64,000 bases of DNA from positions 40,650-104,649 of the forward strand of contig JBBARG010000008.1 of NCBI GenBank assembly GCA_040399905.1, given 5' to 3'. Shown in pieces: positions 13,109 through 23,658 of the stretch. Within the stretch, counting starts at the first letter, position 1; the number at the start of each line of letters is the position of its first letter. This DNA comes from Burkholderiaceae bacterium (GTDB lineage Bacteria > Pseudomonadota > Gammaproteobacteria > Burkholderiales > Burkholderiaceae_D). The position numbers and the translations under genes were made by a program. The notes beneath the pieces were generated by a model. That model was not told the DNA's origin. It saw only the letters and a list, made by a program, of their open reading frames with translations, and made no database searches.

Positions 13109-13801
13109 ATGAACCAATCCTTTCAACCTGCCTACAGCGCCAGCGCGGACAGCCTGCTGGTACGCCATCGCGTGCTGCGCAACACATACTGGCTGCTTGC
13201 ACTCTCGATGATCCCCACCATTCTGGGTAGCTGGCTGGGTCTGCAGATGCATTTCTCGCTATTCGAGAGCAGCCCGTTGATAGGCTTTATCGCTTTCATG
13301 GCAATCGCCTTCGGTTTTTTCTATGCCATCGAAAAAACCAAACATTCCAGCACCGGCGTGTTTGTGCTGTTGGGCTTTACCTTCTTTATGGGCCTGATGT
13401 TGTCTCGCATGCTTGAGCAGATTCTGCATTTTTCAAACGGCAGCTCACTGATCATGACGGCCTTTGGTGGCACGGCTGCAATCTTCGCTGTCATGGCCAC
13501 AGTCGCTACCACCAGCAAGCGTGATTTTTCAGGCATGTCGAGCTGGCTGTTCGCTGGGGTGCTGGTGATCTTGCTTGCTGGCGTCGCCAACATCTTCCTG
13601 CAACTGCCTTTGCTGCAAGTGGTGATCTCGGCGATTTCCGTGGCGATTTTCTCTGCCTACATTTTGTATGACGTGCAGCGCGTCCTCAACGGCGGCGAAA
13701 CCAACTACATCTCAGCCACGCTGGCGATCTATCTCGATCTTTACAACATCTTTGTGAATCTGCTGTCGCTGCTGGGCATCTTGGGTGGCGAACGCGATTA
13801 A
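13109..13801 (+). CDS. yccA: Bax inhibitor-1/YccA family membrane protein
   Basis: VLRNTYWLL, about seven hydrophobic segments, GETNYISAT..YLD.YN.F C-terminal motif. Confidence 0.9.
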   Translation: MNQSFQPAYSASADSLLVRHRVLRNTYWLLALSMIPTILGSWLGLQMHFSLFESSPLIGFIAFMAIAFGFFYAIEKTKHSSTGVFVLLGFTFFMGLMLSRMLEQILHFSNGSSLIMTAFGGTAAIFAVMATVATTSKRDFSGMSSWLFAGVLVILLAGVANIFLQLPLLQVVISAISVAIFSAYILYDVQRVLNGGETNYISATLAIYLDLYNIFVNLLSLLGILGGERD

Positions 13802-13833
13802 GTCACTGGGCAAGTAGCGTATTCGTAGGCTTC

Positions 13834-13859
13834 AAGCCCTCCTTCACGGAGGGCTTTTT
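13834..13859 (+). terminator. Intrinsic terminator between convergent yccA and rlmD
   Basis: AAGCCCTCC-TTCAC-GGAGGGCTT followed by a T-run. Confidence 0.85.
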
Positions 13860-13923
13860 GTTTGCTGAAACCTATTCGTGCCAATGTGATCAAGCGGGCA
13901 AGTAAAATACACTCAGCGCAATT

Positions 13924-15276
13924 TCAATCAATCCGGTTAAACACCGCAATCGATTCCACATGCGCGGTATGCGGGAACATATTGATGACACCAGCCTGCG
14001 CCAGCGCATAGCCGCCGCCATTGACCAGCAGTCCGGCATCACGCGCCAGCGTGGCCGGATTGCAGGAGACATAGACGATGCGCCTGGGACGTAATTCAGG
14101 ATCGATGGCCAGTAAACCGGCAAGTGCCTGACAGACTTCCATCGCGCCATCGCGTGGCGGGTCGATCAGCATGCGGTCAAACTTACCGAGCTTGCGCAAA
14201 TCTTCGAGCGATAACTCGAACAGGTTACGGGTGAAGAACGTCGTCTTGCCATCAAGGCCGTTGACACGCGCATTCTCCAACGCGCGTTCTGTCAACGTGT
14301 TGCTGCCTTCAATACCGACGACCTCGCGCGCCTGCGTGGCCAGCGGCAAGGTGAAATTACCGAGACCGCAGAACAAGTCAGCGACACGGTCTTGCGGCTG
14401 CACGTCCAGCAGGCGCAGCGCACGCTGCACCAGCACGCGGTTGATCTGATGGTTGACCTGCGTGAAGTCGGTTGGCTTGAACGGCATTTTCACGCCGAAC
14501 TCGGGCAACAGATATTGCAGCGTCTGCGTCTCGGGATAAAACGGCACGGCCGTCTCCGGTCCTTTTGATTGCAGCCACCAGTTGACTTGCCATTCATCTG
14601 CAAAAGCGATGAGTTTTTCTTTGTCAGCGTCCGATGGGGGCGCCATCACGCGCAAGACCATGGCGATAATTTTTCCATCGACGCCATCGCCTACGGCCAG
14701 CTCAATCTGCGGCAACAGATCGCGAATAGAGAGCGACGCCACCAGCGCACGCACGGGTACCAACATGGCTGATACTTTAGGTGGCAAGATCGCGCAGGTT
14801 TTCATGTTGGCGATGTAGCCGGATTTCTTTTCGTGAAAACCAATCAACACCCCGCCCTTTTTCCCGACGTGGCGCACCGACAGACGCGCCCGATAACGGT
14901 ATCCCCAGTCAGGACCATAGATGGGACGCAGCATGATGGCCGGCTGAACACGGCCGATATGGCGCAGGCTGTCTTCGAGCACGCGCTGCTTGGACGCGAC
15001 CTGCGCCGATGATTCCAGATGCTGCATTGCGCAGCCGCCGCAGGTACCAAAATACTCGCACTTGGGTTTGACCCGCAGGCCGGATTCGCGCAGCAGTTCC
15101 AGCATATGGGCCGCTTCCCATTTGGATTTGATGCGAAAAGACTTGAAACGAATTTTTTCGCCCGGCAGTGCGCCCTCGACGAACACGACTTTTCCCGGCG
15201 TGCCATCAGGATTGTCCAGATGGCCTACGCCGCGCGCTTCCATATCGAGTGACTCGATAACGATGATGTCTTGCAT
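13924..15276 (-). CDS. rlmD: 23S rRNA (uracil-1939-C5)-methyltransferase RlmD
   Basis: TRAM domain, CEYFGTCGGC Fe-S motif, DLFCGLGNF, IDPPRDG, YVSCNPATLARD and MFPHTAHVE. Confidence 0.95.
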   Translation of the reverse strand: MQDIIVIESLDMEARGVGHLDNPDGTPGKVVFVEGALPGEKIRFKSFRIKSKWEAAHMLELLRESGLRVKPKCEYFGTCGGCAMQHLESSAQVASKQRVLEDSLRHIGRVQPAIMLRPIYGPDWGYRYRARLSVRHVGKKGGVLIGFHEKKSGYIANMKTCAILPPKVSAMLVPVRALVASLSIRDLLPQIELAVGDGVDGKIIAMVLRVMAPPSDADKEKLIAFADEWQVNWWLQSKGPETAVPFYPETQTLQYLLPEFGVKMPFKPTDFTQVNHQINRVLVQRALRLLDVQPQDRVADLFCGLGNFTLPLATQAREVVGIEGSNTLTERALENARVNGLDGKTTFFTRNLFELSLEDLRKLGKFDRMLIDPPRDGAMEVCQALAGLLAIDPELRPRRIVYVSCNPATLARDAGLLVNGGGYALAQAGVINMFPHTAHVESIAVFNRID

Positions 15277-15352
15277 AAATTGAGGGAAAGGAAAAAAACC
15301 GAGAGTCCGCGATTTTACCGCTAGTTCGCGTCCCGACCTGCCCGCGACAACA

Positions 15353-16372
15353 TCACAGCAAGGAATCCTTGCCGACGCCGCGCTCCATCATTGCGTGCTT
15401 CAACCGAACCAGCCCTTCCTGCTGAATCTGCCTGACCCTTTCGCGCGTCACACCCATCTCCTCAGCCAGTTCTTCCAGTGTCGCAGGGTCGCCGTGGTCG
15501 AGCCCGAAGCGGCGCATGATGACGAGGCGCTGCTTGATGGGCATGGTGTGCAGCCAGTTTCGTAACAGCAGAAGCATCTCATGATGCTCGGCGTGTGCTT
15601 CTGGCCCGCCCTCTGTCGCGTCTGCCAGCAAGTCCAGCAAGCTTGATTGAGGATCGCCATCGAGCGGCGTATCAAGCGAGGTCACATGATCTGCCATGGA
15701 CAGCGTTGCCTGCACTTCTTCAACCGTGCGCTCGACCAGATGCGCTATGTCTTCGATGCTGGCATCGTGGCCATTCGACTGGCGTGCTTCAAGGTGGTAC
15801 TTCGCTCGCAATACCAAATTGAGCTCGCGTATCCTATGCACCGGCAAACGTATCGTGCGCGCCTGATTCATGATTGCGCGCTCTATGCTTTGCCGTATCC
15901 ACCAGGTCGCATAAGTAGAAAAACGAAAACCGCGCTCAGGTTCGAATTTTTCTATTGCATGGATCAAACCGAGGTTGCCTTCCTCTATGAGGTCGAGCAA
16001 AACAACGCCGCGATTCACGTAGTGCTTGGCGATCGACACGACCAGCCGCAGGTTATGTTCAATCATTGTCTGGCGCGCAGAAAAATCCCCTTGTCTGGAT
16101 AAAGTAGAGAAATGGATTTCCTGCTCGACTGTCAGCAAAGCGCGCAGCCCTATCTGGTTCAGATAACGCTGCGTAGCATCAGTAGAAAGTTCAGCGGCCA
16201 GTAAAGAGCGTAATTCTTCCAGACCTGCGACCTGCAGTTCTGGCTCTTCATGCACTGTGTCTTTGGTGACAGGGTCGCCGAACGTGCCGTCGACACCGTC
16301 AATTGCCGGCATGCCGGTCAGTTCTGCTGGTATATCGCCATCGTCCGGCGACTCACAGGCTTTGCGTGTCAT
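15353..16372 (-). CDS. rpoS: RNA polymerase sigma factor RpoS
   Basis: Sigma70 regions NLRLVVSIAK, GFRFSTYATWWIRQSIERA and TRERVRQIQ; directly downstream of nlpD. Confidence 0.93.
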   Translation of the reverse strand: MTRKACESPDDGDIPAELTGMPAIDGVDGTFGDPVTKDTVHEEPELQVAGLEELRSLLAAELSTDATQRYLNQIGLRALLTVEQEIHFSTLSRQGDFSARQTMIEHNLRLVVSIAKHYVNRGVVLLDLIEEGNLGLIHAIEKFEPERGFRFSTYATWWIRQSIERAIMNQARTIRLPVHRIRELNLVLRAKYHLEARQSNGHDASIEDIAHLVERTVEEVQATLSMADHVTSLDTPLDGDPQSSLLDLLADATEGGPEAHAEHHEMLLLLRNWLHTMPIKQRLVIMRRFGLDHGDPATLEELAEEMGVTRERVRQIQQEGLVRLKHAMMERGVGKDSLL

Positions 16373-16386
16373 TTGACGACTGTCTT

Positions 16387-17337
16387 TTAACGGTTAGGTA
16401 GCAGACCGGCAGGATCAACGGGCTTGCCCAGCTGACGGATTTCAAAATGCAGCTTGACGGTGTCGGAATCGGAATCGCCCATTTCAGCGATTCTTTGTCC
16501 TTTTATGACGTTTTGACCTTCCTTGACGAGGATGGTTTTGTTGTGTGCGTAGGCCGACACCAAGCCTTCGTTATGGTCAACGATGATGAGGTTGCCATAG
16601 CCACGCATATTTTGCGCATACAACACCGTGCCATCGCTGGCTGCCATCACTGGCTGGCCTGACAGGCCGGCAATATCTATGCCTTTGCGTGTTTGTTCAA
16701 ATGCTTTGATAACCTTGCCATCCGTAGGCCAGATGAAACGCACATTGCCGTTTGCCAGCGATTCTTTTTTATCATTGTCAGGTACGCGCGGCTGTAGTGA
16801 TTTATCTGACTGCGGTTTTTCTGACTGCAGCTTTTCCAACTGCTGAGACTGCTGCTGCATTTCAGCGAATGTCTGATCCGAATACAAACGCTTCTCGCCT
16901 GCAGGACTCGTCTTGGCGCCAGCTAAGGACGGTAAATTTTTACGAGGTAAGGCTTGCGCACCGTCCAGCGGGCGCACTTCAATACCGGAATCGAGATTGA
17001 CTGTGCCGACTTGTGGACCTTCCGGCGGCACAACGCGCAGCGACTGTCCTACCTTGATATCGTTGGCATTAGCCAGACGATTCCAGTCAACCAGATCGCG
17101 CCAGTTCTGACTGAACTGCTGCGAGATACGTAATAGCGTATCGCCTTTTTTTACCGTATAAAAACCTGGCTGATCAGCCACCAGCGTAGTCGGCTCGGCA
17201 TCTTTTTTTGCTGCCGCTTTAGGCGCAGTTTTAATACCGGTACGGTCATCAATGGGCGCATTGGAAGGCATTTCTGCGCACGAAGACAACAGCGCAGCGC
17301 CGAGGACCAGAAGAGATAGAGATAAGGAATTTTTCAT
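16387..17337 (-). CDS. nlpD: LysM/M23 lipoprotein NlpD
   Basis: Lipobox LSSC, LysM YTVKKGDTL, M23 domain with degenerate zinc site (RKGIDI, KLHFEIR). Confidence 0.92.
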   Translation of the reverse strand: MKNSLSLSLLVLGAALLSSCAEMPSNAPIDDRTGIKTAPKAAAKKDAEPTTLVADQPGFYTVKKGDTLLRISQQFSQNWRDLVDWNRLANANDIKVGQSLRVVPPEGPQVGTVNLDSGIEVRPLDGAQALPRKNLPSLAGAKTSPAGEKRLYSDQTFAEMQQQSQQLEKLQSEKPQSDKSLQPRVPDNDKKESLANGNVRFIWPTDGKVIKAFEQTRKGIDIAGLSGQPVMAASDGTVLYAQNMRGYGNLIIVDHNEGLVSAYAHNKTILVKEGQNVIKGQRIAEMGDSDSDTVKLHFEIRQLGKPVDPAGLLPNR

Positions 17338-17361
17338 CAGCAGATCATGTTCATTCTGCAT

Positions 17362-18246
17362 TTAACCAAGCGTGCCGGGCTTCAAAGGCACAAAGTGGCA
17401 ATGCTCGAGGGTTTCTGTTGTCCACTCATTACGGCTAACGCGGCAGATCAATTGCAGCACCTGATTGCGATTTCCAACCGGTGCGACAAGACGACCGCCG
17501 ATGGCCAGCTGATCAAGCAAAGCCTGCGGCACTTCCAGACCGGCTGCCGCCAGAATAATGCCGTCAAATGGGGCAACCTGCGGGAAACCCAGCATACCAT
17601 CCCCATAGTGCAACCGAAGATTGGCAATGCGTAATGGCCGCAAGTTGTTGCGCGCCAGTTCGTGCAAGGGCTTGATGCGCTCTATCGAATAGACTTCCTT
17701 TGCCACCTGCGCCAGCACGGCAGCCTGATAGCCGCAACCGGTGCCGATTTCTAGAACCTTGTCGAGCTTGCCGGTGGCAGTGGCCCGCATGACTTCAATC
17801 ATGCGCGCGACAATATACGGCTGCGAAATGGTCTGGTGATAGCCAATCGGCAAAGAAGCATCGATGTATGCCTGACTGGCCAGTCCCGGCTCCAGAAAAT
17901 AATGGCGCGGCACTGCTTCCATGGCGGCCAGTACTTGCTGGTCTTTCACGCCTTGCTGCGCAACCCGCTGCACCATTGCCCGGCGCACCGCTTCCGACAC
18001 CAGCGGCTGATTTGCCGGGCGCGCGGCTACAGTATTAGCACTAGCTGATTTTTTTTGCAGCGCTGAAGCTGGCGCATGTGGCGAACGGGGTGCATGTCGT
18101 GCAGCGTTCTGCGTGGCTGTCTGCGTGCTGTGACTGCGTGGCGGAACAAAGGAGCGATTACGACCGACATCGCCCGTAATAGAATCAAGCGTCAGCGGAA
18201 AACGCTTTTTGCCGTCGCCCTTACCGTCACTCTTACCATCGCTCAT
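17362..18246 (-). CDS. pcm: Protein-L-isoaspartate O-methyltransferase
   Basis: [17 protein letters not shown] and [13 protein letters not shown]; surE-pcm-nlpD order. Confidence 0.95.
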   Translation of the reverse strand: MSDGKSDGKGDGKKRFPLTLDSITGDVGRNRSFVPPRSHSTQTATQNAARHAPRSPHAPASALQKKSASANTVAARPANQPLVSEAVRRAMVQRVAQQGVKDQQVLAAMEAVPRHYFLEPGLASQAYIDASLPIGYHQTISQPYIVARMIEVMRATATGKLDKVLEIGTGCGYQAAVLAQVAKEVYSIERIKPLHELARNNLRPLRIANLRLHYGDGMLGFPQVAPFDGIILAAAGLEVPQALLDQLAIGGRLVAPVGNRNQVLQLICRVSRNEWTTETLEHCHFVPLKPGTLG

Positions 18247-18980
18247 GCCAGCGCCTGCTTCAAGCGTTCAAGCTGCGATACATGGGTCAGGTCGATCTGC
18301 AGCGGGGTGATGGAAATGCAGCCATTCGCTGTCGCATGAAAGTCCGTGCCTTCGCTGACTTCCTTGGCTTTACCAACCGGACCGATCCAGAAAATTTCAT
18401 TACCGTGCGGGTCAGTGCTGCGTATGACCGGCTCGGATTCATGGCGCTTGCCCAGACGGGTTGCCACGATGGTTTGCAGACTTTCGTAAGGCAGGTTTGG
18501 GATATTCACGTTCAATAAAAACGGTTTCTGCAACGCGTCCAGCCGGCGCAATACGATGTCTTTGGCAACCCGCGCTGCCGCATCAATATGCGCCCAGCGA
18601 TGATCTACCTGTGAAAACGCAATCGACGGTATACCAAACAGAAAGCCTTCGGTGGCAGCAGCGACGGTACCGGAATAAAGCGTGTCGTCGCCCATGTTCT
18701 GGCCCTGGTTAATGCCGGAGACAACCAGATCGGGACGGTAATCCAGAATACCGGTCAGTGCGATATGCACGCAATCGCTGGGCGTGCCGTTGACCGAGTA
18801 AAACCCGTTGTGGGCTTTGACCACGCGCAGCGGTTTATCCAGCGTCAGCGAATTCGATGAACCACTGCGGTTGCTGTCTGGCGCTACCACGACAATATCG
18901 GCGATGCCAGCCAGTTGTTCGGCCAGTGCATTGATGCCCGGAGCGAGGTAGCCATCGTCGTTGCTAATCAGGATTCTCAT
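18243..18980 (-). CDS. surE: 5'/3'-nucleotidase SurE
   Basis: [27 protein letters not shown] and YSGTVAAA. Confidence 0.98.
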   Translation of the reverse strand: MRILISNDDGYLAPGINALAEQLAGIADIVVVAPDSNRSGSSNSLTLDKPLRVVKAHNGFYSVNGTPSDCVHIALTGILDYRPDLVVSGINQGQNMGDDTLYSGTVAAATEGFLFGIPSIAFSQVDHRWAHIDAAARVAKDIVLRRLDALQKPFLLNVNIPNLPYESLQTIVATRLGKRHESEPVIRSTDPHGNEIFWIGPVGKAKEVSEGTDFHATANGCISITPLQIDLTHVSQLERLKQALA

Positions 18981-19043
18981 AGCAGGATTCTACCTTATGT
19001 ATGCGGAGTAAAAGGCAACGGCGCTAGGCTACGGCATCATTGG

Positions 19044-21056
19044 TCATTCCTGCGGAATGTTCGCCCCACCCTGCAAAAACGCCTGCACCTCGCCCAACTC
19101 GCGCGTGCGCGCAAACGGCGGCAGGCTCTGCCAGATCCGTTTGCCATACGGCTTGGAAATAAGGCGCGGGTCGCAGATCATGAGCACGCCGCGGTCGGAC
19201 TCGTCGCGAATCAGCCGACCGGCGCCCTGCTTCAGATTAATGATCGCTTCCGGCAGTTGATGATGCATGAAGCCATTCATGCCGCGCTGCTCCATTTCGG
19301 AAATGCGTGCCGCCAGCACAGGATCGTCCGGCGGCGCAAACGGCAGCTTGTCGATGATGACGACCGACAGCGCATCGCCACGCACGTCCACCCCTTCCCA
19401 AAAGCTCTGGCTGCCGATCAGCACGGCATTGCCAGCGGCGCGAAATTGCGCGAGCAATTCCGTGCGGCCGAGTTCGCCCTGTACCAGCAACGGCCATGGC
19501 AATTTGCGGGCAGCGAATTCTTCGCGCAAACGCTCGGCCGCGCGCTTGACTGCGCGCAGCGTGGTGCACAGCAAAAAGGCACGGCCGCCAGCGGCTTCGA
19601 TGACGGGTAAGGCCGCATCAATGACGGCGTCGGTATACGCCGGTGAATTCGGTTGTGGCAAGTCTTTAGGTACATACAGCAAAGCTTGCTGCTGATAGTC
19701 AAACGGACTGGGCCAGGTCAGCGCCAGTTCATCTTTCAAACCCATCTGCGCGGTGTAGTGGCTGAAATCATTTTTCACAGCCAGCGTGGCCGAGGTGAAG
19801 ATCCAGCTGCGCGGCGTACCTTCGCGCTGCTTGCTGAAAATAGGTGCAATCGATAGCGGCGTCTGATGCAATTGCAAGGACTGCGAAAACGCTTCGGCCC
19901 ACAGCACTTTTTCAGGCTGGTCGGTTGAGCCAGCTACGCCGGCCGCAGGCTGCGCGCCCCACGCTGCCCATTGCACCGCCATTTCTATGGCGCGCACACG
20001 GCACTGCTCAATTGTCTCGGCACGTTCGGCCTGCGAGGTCAGCGTCTCTATCAATTGCTGCAGCATCGCTTTCAAATGCTCGAGTGCCGGAAAGAACGGG
20101 CTGCTGGCAGCGATCTGATGATGCGCGAGCTTCATGCCTTCGGACGGGAAAGCCAGTCTTAAGTCGCGCGCGGCTTTTTCAACCGTAGTCACGGCCTTGG
20201 GCCAGTCGGCGCCATCGCGCGCATGTGTCAAGCCTTCGGCCAGCACGTCGCGACACAGCTCCATGACTTGCGAGGTCGAAACCGTCTCGCCAAAGAACAG
20301 CGTAGCGGTGTCGGGCAGCTGGTGTGCTTCGTCGAAAATGATGGTGTTGGCAGTCGGCAGCAGTTCGGCGACGCCGGTGTCTTTCAGCGCGACATCGGCA
20401 AAGAACAAATGGTGATTAACCACCACCACATCGGCCTGTTGCGCTTCCTTGCGGGCTTTCATGACGAAGCAGTCCTGATAGTGCGCGCATTCGGCGCCAA
20501 GACAGGTTTCGCGGGTGGAAGTGACCAGATTCCAGATCAATGCGTTTTCCGGAATCTTGGACAGCTCGGCCTTGTCACCGCTGGAAGTGGTTTTCATGAA
20601 GCGCGAAATTTCGCGCAGATAACCGACATCTTCACGCGCAGTCAGCCGGCCATTTTGCAAGGTGCGGTCCAGATGCAAATGACAAACGTAATTCGAGCGC
20701 CCTTTTAACAGCGCCACAGTGACCGGCACATTCAGGGCTTTACGCACTGTTGGTATATCGCGCAGGAATAACTGGTCTTGCAAGTTTTTGGTGCCGGTCG
20801 ACACAATCACTTTGCCGCCCCACAGCAAGGCCGGCACCAGATAGGCAAAAGTCTTGCCGGTGCCGGTGCCGGCCTCGGCCAGCAGCGTGCCCTGACGCGC
20901 TATCGCGTCGGCAATGGCGCGAGCCATGTCGGTCTGCGACTGACGCGGATGAAAGTCCGGTATGCCGGCAACCAGCCTGCCGTCAACGGCAAACAACTGG
21001 TCTATCTCGGCGTCATGCGTGGAAGCCGGGTCGATTACGGCAAGTTGATCGGTCAA
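19044..21056 (-). CDS. ATP-dependent DNA helicase, DinG/YoaA family
   Basis: EAGTGTGKT, Fe-S cysteines, DEAH box, FWEGVDV and KQGAGRLIR. Confidence 0.93.
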   Translation of the reverse strand: MTDQLAVIDPASTHDAEIDQLFAVDGRLVAGIPDFHPRQSQTDMARAIADAIARQGTLLAEAGTGTGKTFAYLVPALLWGGKVIVSTGTKNLQDQLFLRDIPTVRKALNVPVTVALLKGRSNYVCHLHLDRTLQNGRLTAREDVGYLREISRFMKTTSSGDKAELSKIPENALIWNLVTSTRETCLGAECAHYQDCFVMKARKEAQQADVVVVNHHLFFADVALKDTGVAELLPTANTIIFDEAHQLPDTATLFFGETVSTSQVMELCRDVLAEGLTHARDGADWPKAVTTVEKAARDLRLAFPSEGMKLAHHQIAASSPFFPALEHLKAMLQQLIETLTSQAERAETIEQCRVRAIEMAVQWAAWGAQPAAGVAGSTDQPEKVLWAEAFSQSLQLHQTPLSIAPIFSKQREGTPRSWIFTSATLAVKNDFSHYTAQMGLKDELALTWPSPFDYQQQALLYVPKDLPQPNSPAYTDAVIDAALPVIEAAGGRAFLLCTTLRAVKRAAERLREEFAARKLPWPLLVQGELGRTELLAQFRAAGNAVLIGSQSFWEGVDVRGDALSVVIIDKLPFAPPDDPVLAARISEMEQRGMNGFMHHQLPEAIINLKQGAGRLIRDESDRGVLMICDPRLISKPYGKRIWQSLPPFARTRELGEVQAFLQGGANIPQE

Positions 21057-21129
21057 AATAAAGGGAATCCGCTATGAAAAATGCTTGTGACAAGCTGCAT
21101 TTTACCTGTTGCGGCAGGAAGCTCGCAGA

Positions 21130-21333
21130 CTATGCCGGGATATCCGGCACCAGCTGCATTTTTAATTGATTGATCTGGTCTTTCAACTGCAGCTTGCGCT
21201 TCTTGAAGCGACGCAGCTGTAAGTCATCAGCGCGTCCTGCTTCTATGAGCAGATCAATCGCCGAGTCCAGATCACGGTGCTCTACTTCGAGAGCGACCAG
21301 CCTTTCCAGAACCTGTTCGAGGCGTTCTGTCAT
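21130..21333 (-). CDS. DUF465/YdcH-like small coiled-coil protein
   Basis: EHRDLD..I...D.LQLRRFKKRKLQLKD pattern. Confidence 0.8.
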   Translation of the reverse strand: MTERLEQVLERLVALEVEHRDLDSAIDLLIEAGRADDLQLRRFKKRKLQLKDQINQLKMQLVPDIPA

Positions 21334-21821
21334 GGTTTGTTCACTGGTTCGGTTACTGGCTCATTGGCGGTTGCTTCATTCGGTGCTGACTCTGGGCGCG
21401 CAGCCCCCTTAAAAGGAATGCCCGTACCGTCCTGCGGCAATGCCGCATTGCGCTGTCGTTCGGCCACACCGCGGTCACGCTCGTCGGCTTTTTCTTTACG
21501 CAGATAGGCACTGGCTTCGATTTCAACTTTGCGTATCGCAGCGAGCGCCTGACGACGACGATCTTTGGCGCGATCGAAGCAGATCGACATGAAGAATTTT
21601 TCCATACAGGCGTTACGAGTCTGCGTGTAGTCGTCCTCAACTTCCTTGCGTATTGCTGTCACTTCAGCCAGCGCCGCAGAGGCTTCGGGCACAGTTTGAA
21701 TTGAGCCGGTCGGATAGTGATTCACGAGCGCGTCCTCACGCTTCACTTGCGGCGAAGCGGCCGTCGCCAGATTGAGCACGAACAGAAGCAGCAGAGGCGG
21801 TAAAACTGAAAAAAATCTCAT
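21330..21821 (-). CDS. Hypothetical exported helical protein
   Basis: Signal-peptide-like start MRFFSVLPPLLLLFVL; CMEKFFMSICFD cysteine pair; stop overlaps the DUF465 start. Confidence 0.7.
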   Translation of the reverse strand: MRFFSVLPPLLLLFVLNLATAASPQVKREDALVNHYPTGSIQTVPEASAALAEVTAIRKEVEDDYTQTRNACMEKFFMSICFDRAKDRRRQALAAIRKVEIEASAYLRKEKADERDRGVAERQRNAALPQDGTGIPFKGAARPESAPNEATANEPVTEPVNKP

Positions 21822-21884
21822 CAGGTTCTTTCTTGATGCTGCAAACGATGCTGTAATCGATGCGGCCAACACATACAGAAAATA

Positions 21885-23006
21885 TCAGGCGATAGCATCA
21901 ACGGTCTGACGACGCTGACTTTCTTTATATTCCAGCGACTGCATTTCAATGATGCGCGATACGGTACGGTGGAATTCATTGGCCAGCGTGCCTTCGGTGT
22001 AAAGCAGTTCAGGCGCGGCTTCGGCCGACATCACTAGCTTGACTCTGTGATCGTATAGCACATCAATGAGCCACGTAAAGCGCCGCGCTTCGGAAGCCAT
22101 GGATGCCGACATGACCGGCACCTCCGACAAGATCACGGTATGGAAGCGGCTGGCTATTTCAAGGTAATCATTTTGCGAGCGAGGGCCGCCGCACAAGGTC
22201 GCGAAATCAAACCAGATCACACCACCGGCGCGGCGCAGGCAGCGCACTTCACGCGATTCAATCTTGATGCGCGGCTCTTGTTCGGCCGTCTCGGCAATAC
22301 TGGTAAATGCATGGCGCAATGCCTGATCGGATTTCGCACCTAACGGCGTGTGATAAGCATCAACCTGATCCATTGCGCGCTTACGATAATCGACGCCAGC
22401 ATCAACATTGATTACATCCAGCTTTTCTTTTAGCAGCGCAATTGCCGGCAGCATACGGTCGCGATGCAAGCCGTCCGGATAGAGGCCATCGGGAGCGTAA
22501 TTGGATGTGAAAACGAAGGACACCCCATTTTCAAATAGCGCCGTCAGCAGGTTATAGAGAATCATTGCATCGGCAATATCCGACACATGGAATTCATCAA
22601 AACAAATGAGCCGGTATTTGCGGGCGATGCGTTTGGCGACGACATCTAGCGGATTCTCGACACCCTTTTGTTCGTCGAGCTCGCGATGCACGCCGCGCAT
22701 GAATTCATGGAAGTGCAGGCGCGTCTTGCGCACCACCGGCACCACCAGATAAAAGCTGTCCATCAGGAAGGATTTGCCGCGACCGACACCGCCCCACAGA
22801 TACACGCCGCGCGGTACTTCCGGACGGGTAATGATGCGCTTGATGCGATGCGAGCGCTGAGAAAGATAAGATGCCCATTCATCATAGCCCTGCTGCAAGC
22901 GTGCAACCGCTGCTACTTGCGCAGGGTCGGACTCATAGCCGCGCTGCGCCAACGCTTGCGCGTAAAACTCGGTAACGTTCATATTATTATTATTTGCATC
23001 CGGCAC
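21885..23006 (-). CDS. zapE: Cell division ATPase ZapE (AFG1 family)
   Basis: GVYLWGGVGRGKS, RLHFHEFM, CFDEFHV and TSN motifs; downstream of lpdA. Confidence 0.93.
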   Translation of the reverse strand: MPDANNNNMNVTEFYAQALAQRGYESDPAQVAAVARLQQGYDEWASYLSQRSHRIKRIITRPEVPRGVYLWGGVGRGKSFLMDSFYLVVPVVRKTRLHFHEFMRGVHRELDEQKGVENPLDVVAKRIARKYRLICFDEFHVSDIADAMILYNLLTALFENGVSFVFTSNYAPDGLYPDGLHRDRMLPAIALLKEKLDVINVDAGVDYRKRAMDQVDAYHTPLGAKSDQALRHAFTSIAETAEQEPRIKIESREVRCLRRAGGVIWFDFATLCGGPRSQNDYLEIASRFHTVILSEVPVMSASMASEARRFTWLIDVLYDHRVKLVMSAEAAPELLYTEGTLANEFHRTVSRIIEMQSLEYKESQRRQTVDAIA

Positions 23007-23008
23007 AG

Positions 23009-23419
23009 CTAGAGCGGCGTCATGTCGACAAGCACCTGCTCCGGATAGTCGTGACGCCAGCCGCTGACGGGAAACCCCATGCCCAGCGAAATGCCCATGC
23101 CGCCACCGCTGCCTCCAGCAATACCTACGCCTAAGCGCGAACCGCTACCGCCGCCGCCCTGACCACGATGGATAACTTCGGAAGTGCGATAGCCCGCCTT
23201 CTCGCATACGACGCGCAAATCGCCAGCCGGCTGTCCAACCGTTACGATACCAGGCGTCTGCACGATCCAACGGCCGGCACCGGTCTCGACCACGCACGTT
23301 GCGCCATCAAGTGGCAGTGATTTTGTCGTCGACAGAATGGTGACTTTGCCAGAGTAAGGTGGCAGGCCGGCGCAGGCTGTCAGCAGCAAAGTCGTCAGGA
23401 TGATGGAAACACGAATCAT
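23009..23419 (-). CDS. Hypothetical Gly-rich lipoprotein
   Basis: Lipobox LTAC, a cysteine pair, Gly-rich C-terminal segment. Confidence 0.7.
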   Translation of the reverse strand: MIRVSIILTTLLLTACAGLPPYSGKVTILSTTKSLPLDGATCVVETGAGRWIVQTPGIVTVGQPAGDLRVVCEKAGYRTSEVIHRGQGGGGSGSRLGVGIAGGSGGGMGISLGMGFPVSGWRHDYPEQVLVDMTPL

Positions 23420-23496
23420 GAAACCCTCTCCTTATCGTTAACTATGTGTGCGCTTTTGGCGGCTGTTAGAAAATTCGAATTTTTTTGTCTAGTAAC

Positions 23497-23599
23497 GAAA
23501 GACGCTGGGTTCCAGCTTTCGCTGGAACGACGGTAGTAGAGGTGGCGAGGTCTAAATATCTACCGTCGCCCCAGCGCAGGCTGGGGTCCAGCGTCTTTC
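23497..23599. repeat. REPIN-like element (inverted doublet of palindromic REP units), copy 1
   Basis: GAAAGACGCTGG-G-TTCCAGC-TTTC-GCTGGAA-C-GACGGTAG, a 23-nt spacer, then CTACCGTC-G-CCCCAGC-GCAG-GCTGGGG-T-CCAGCGTCTTTC. Confidence 0.85.
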
Positions 23600-23658
23600 A
23601 TCGCATAACAAAAACAAAAGCTTAGTGCCTGCTGAATCCCAAACTCTATCTAATCACA

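Noticed and set aside
17990-18246. Long low-complexity N-terminal extension of Pcm
   Set aside because: Such extensions are, to my knowledge, common in Burkholderiales Pcm; not distinctive.
23497-23599. Repeat-spacer-repeat unit as a mini CRISPR array
   Set aside because: The repeats are inverted rather than direct, there is only one spacer per locus, and no cas genes are present.
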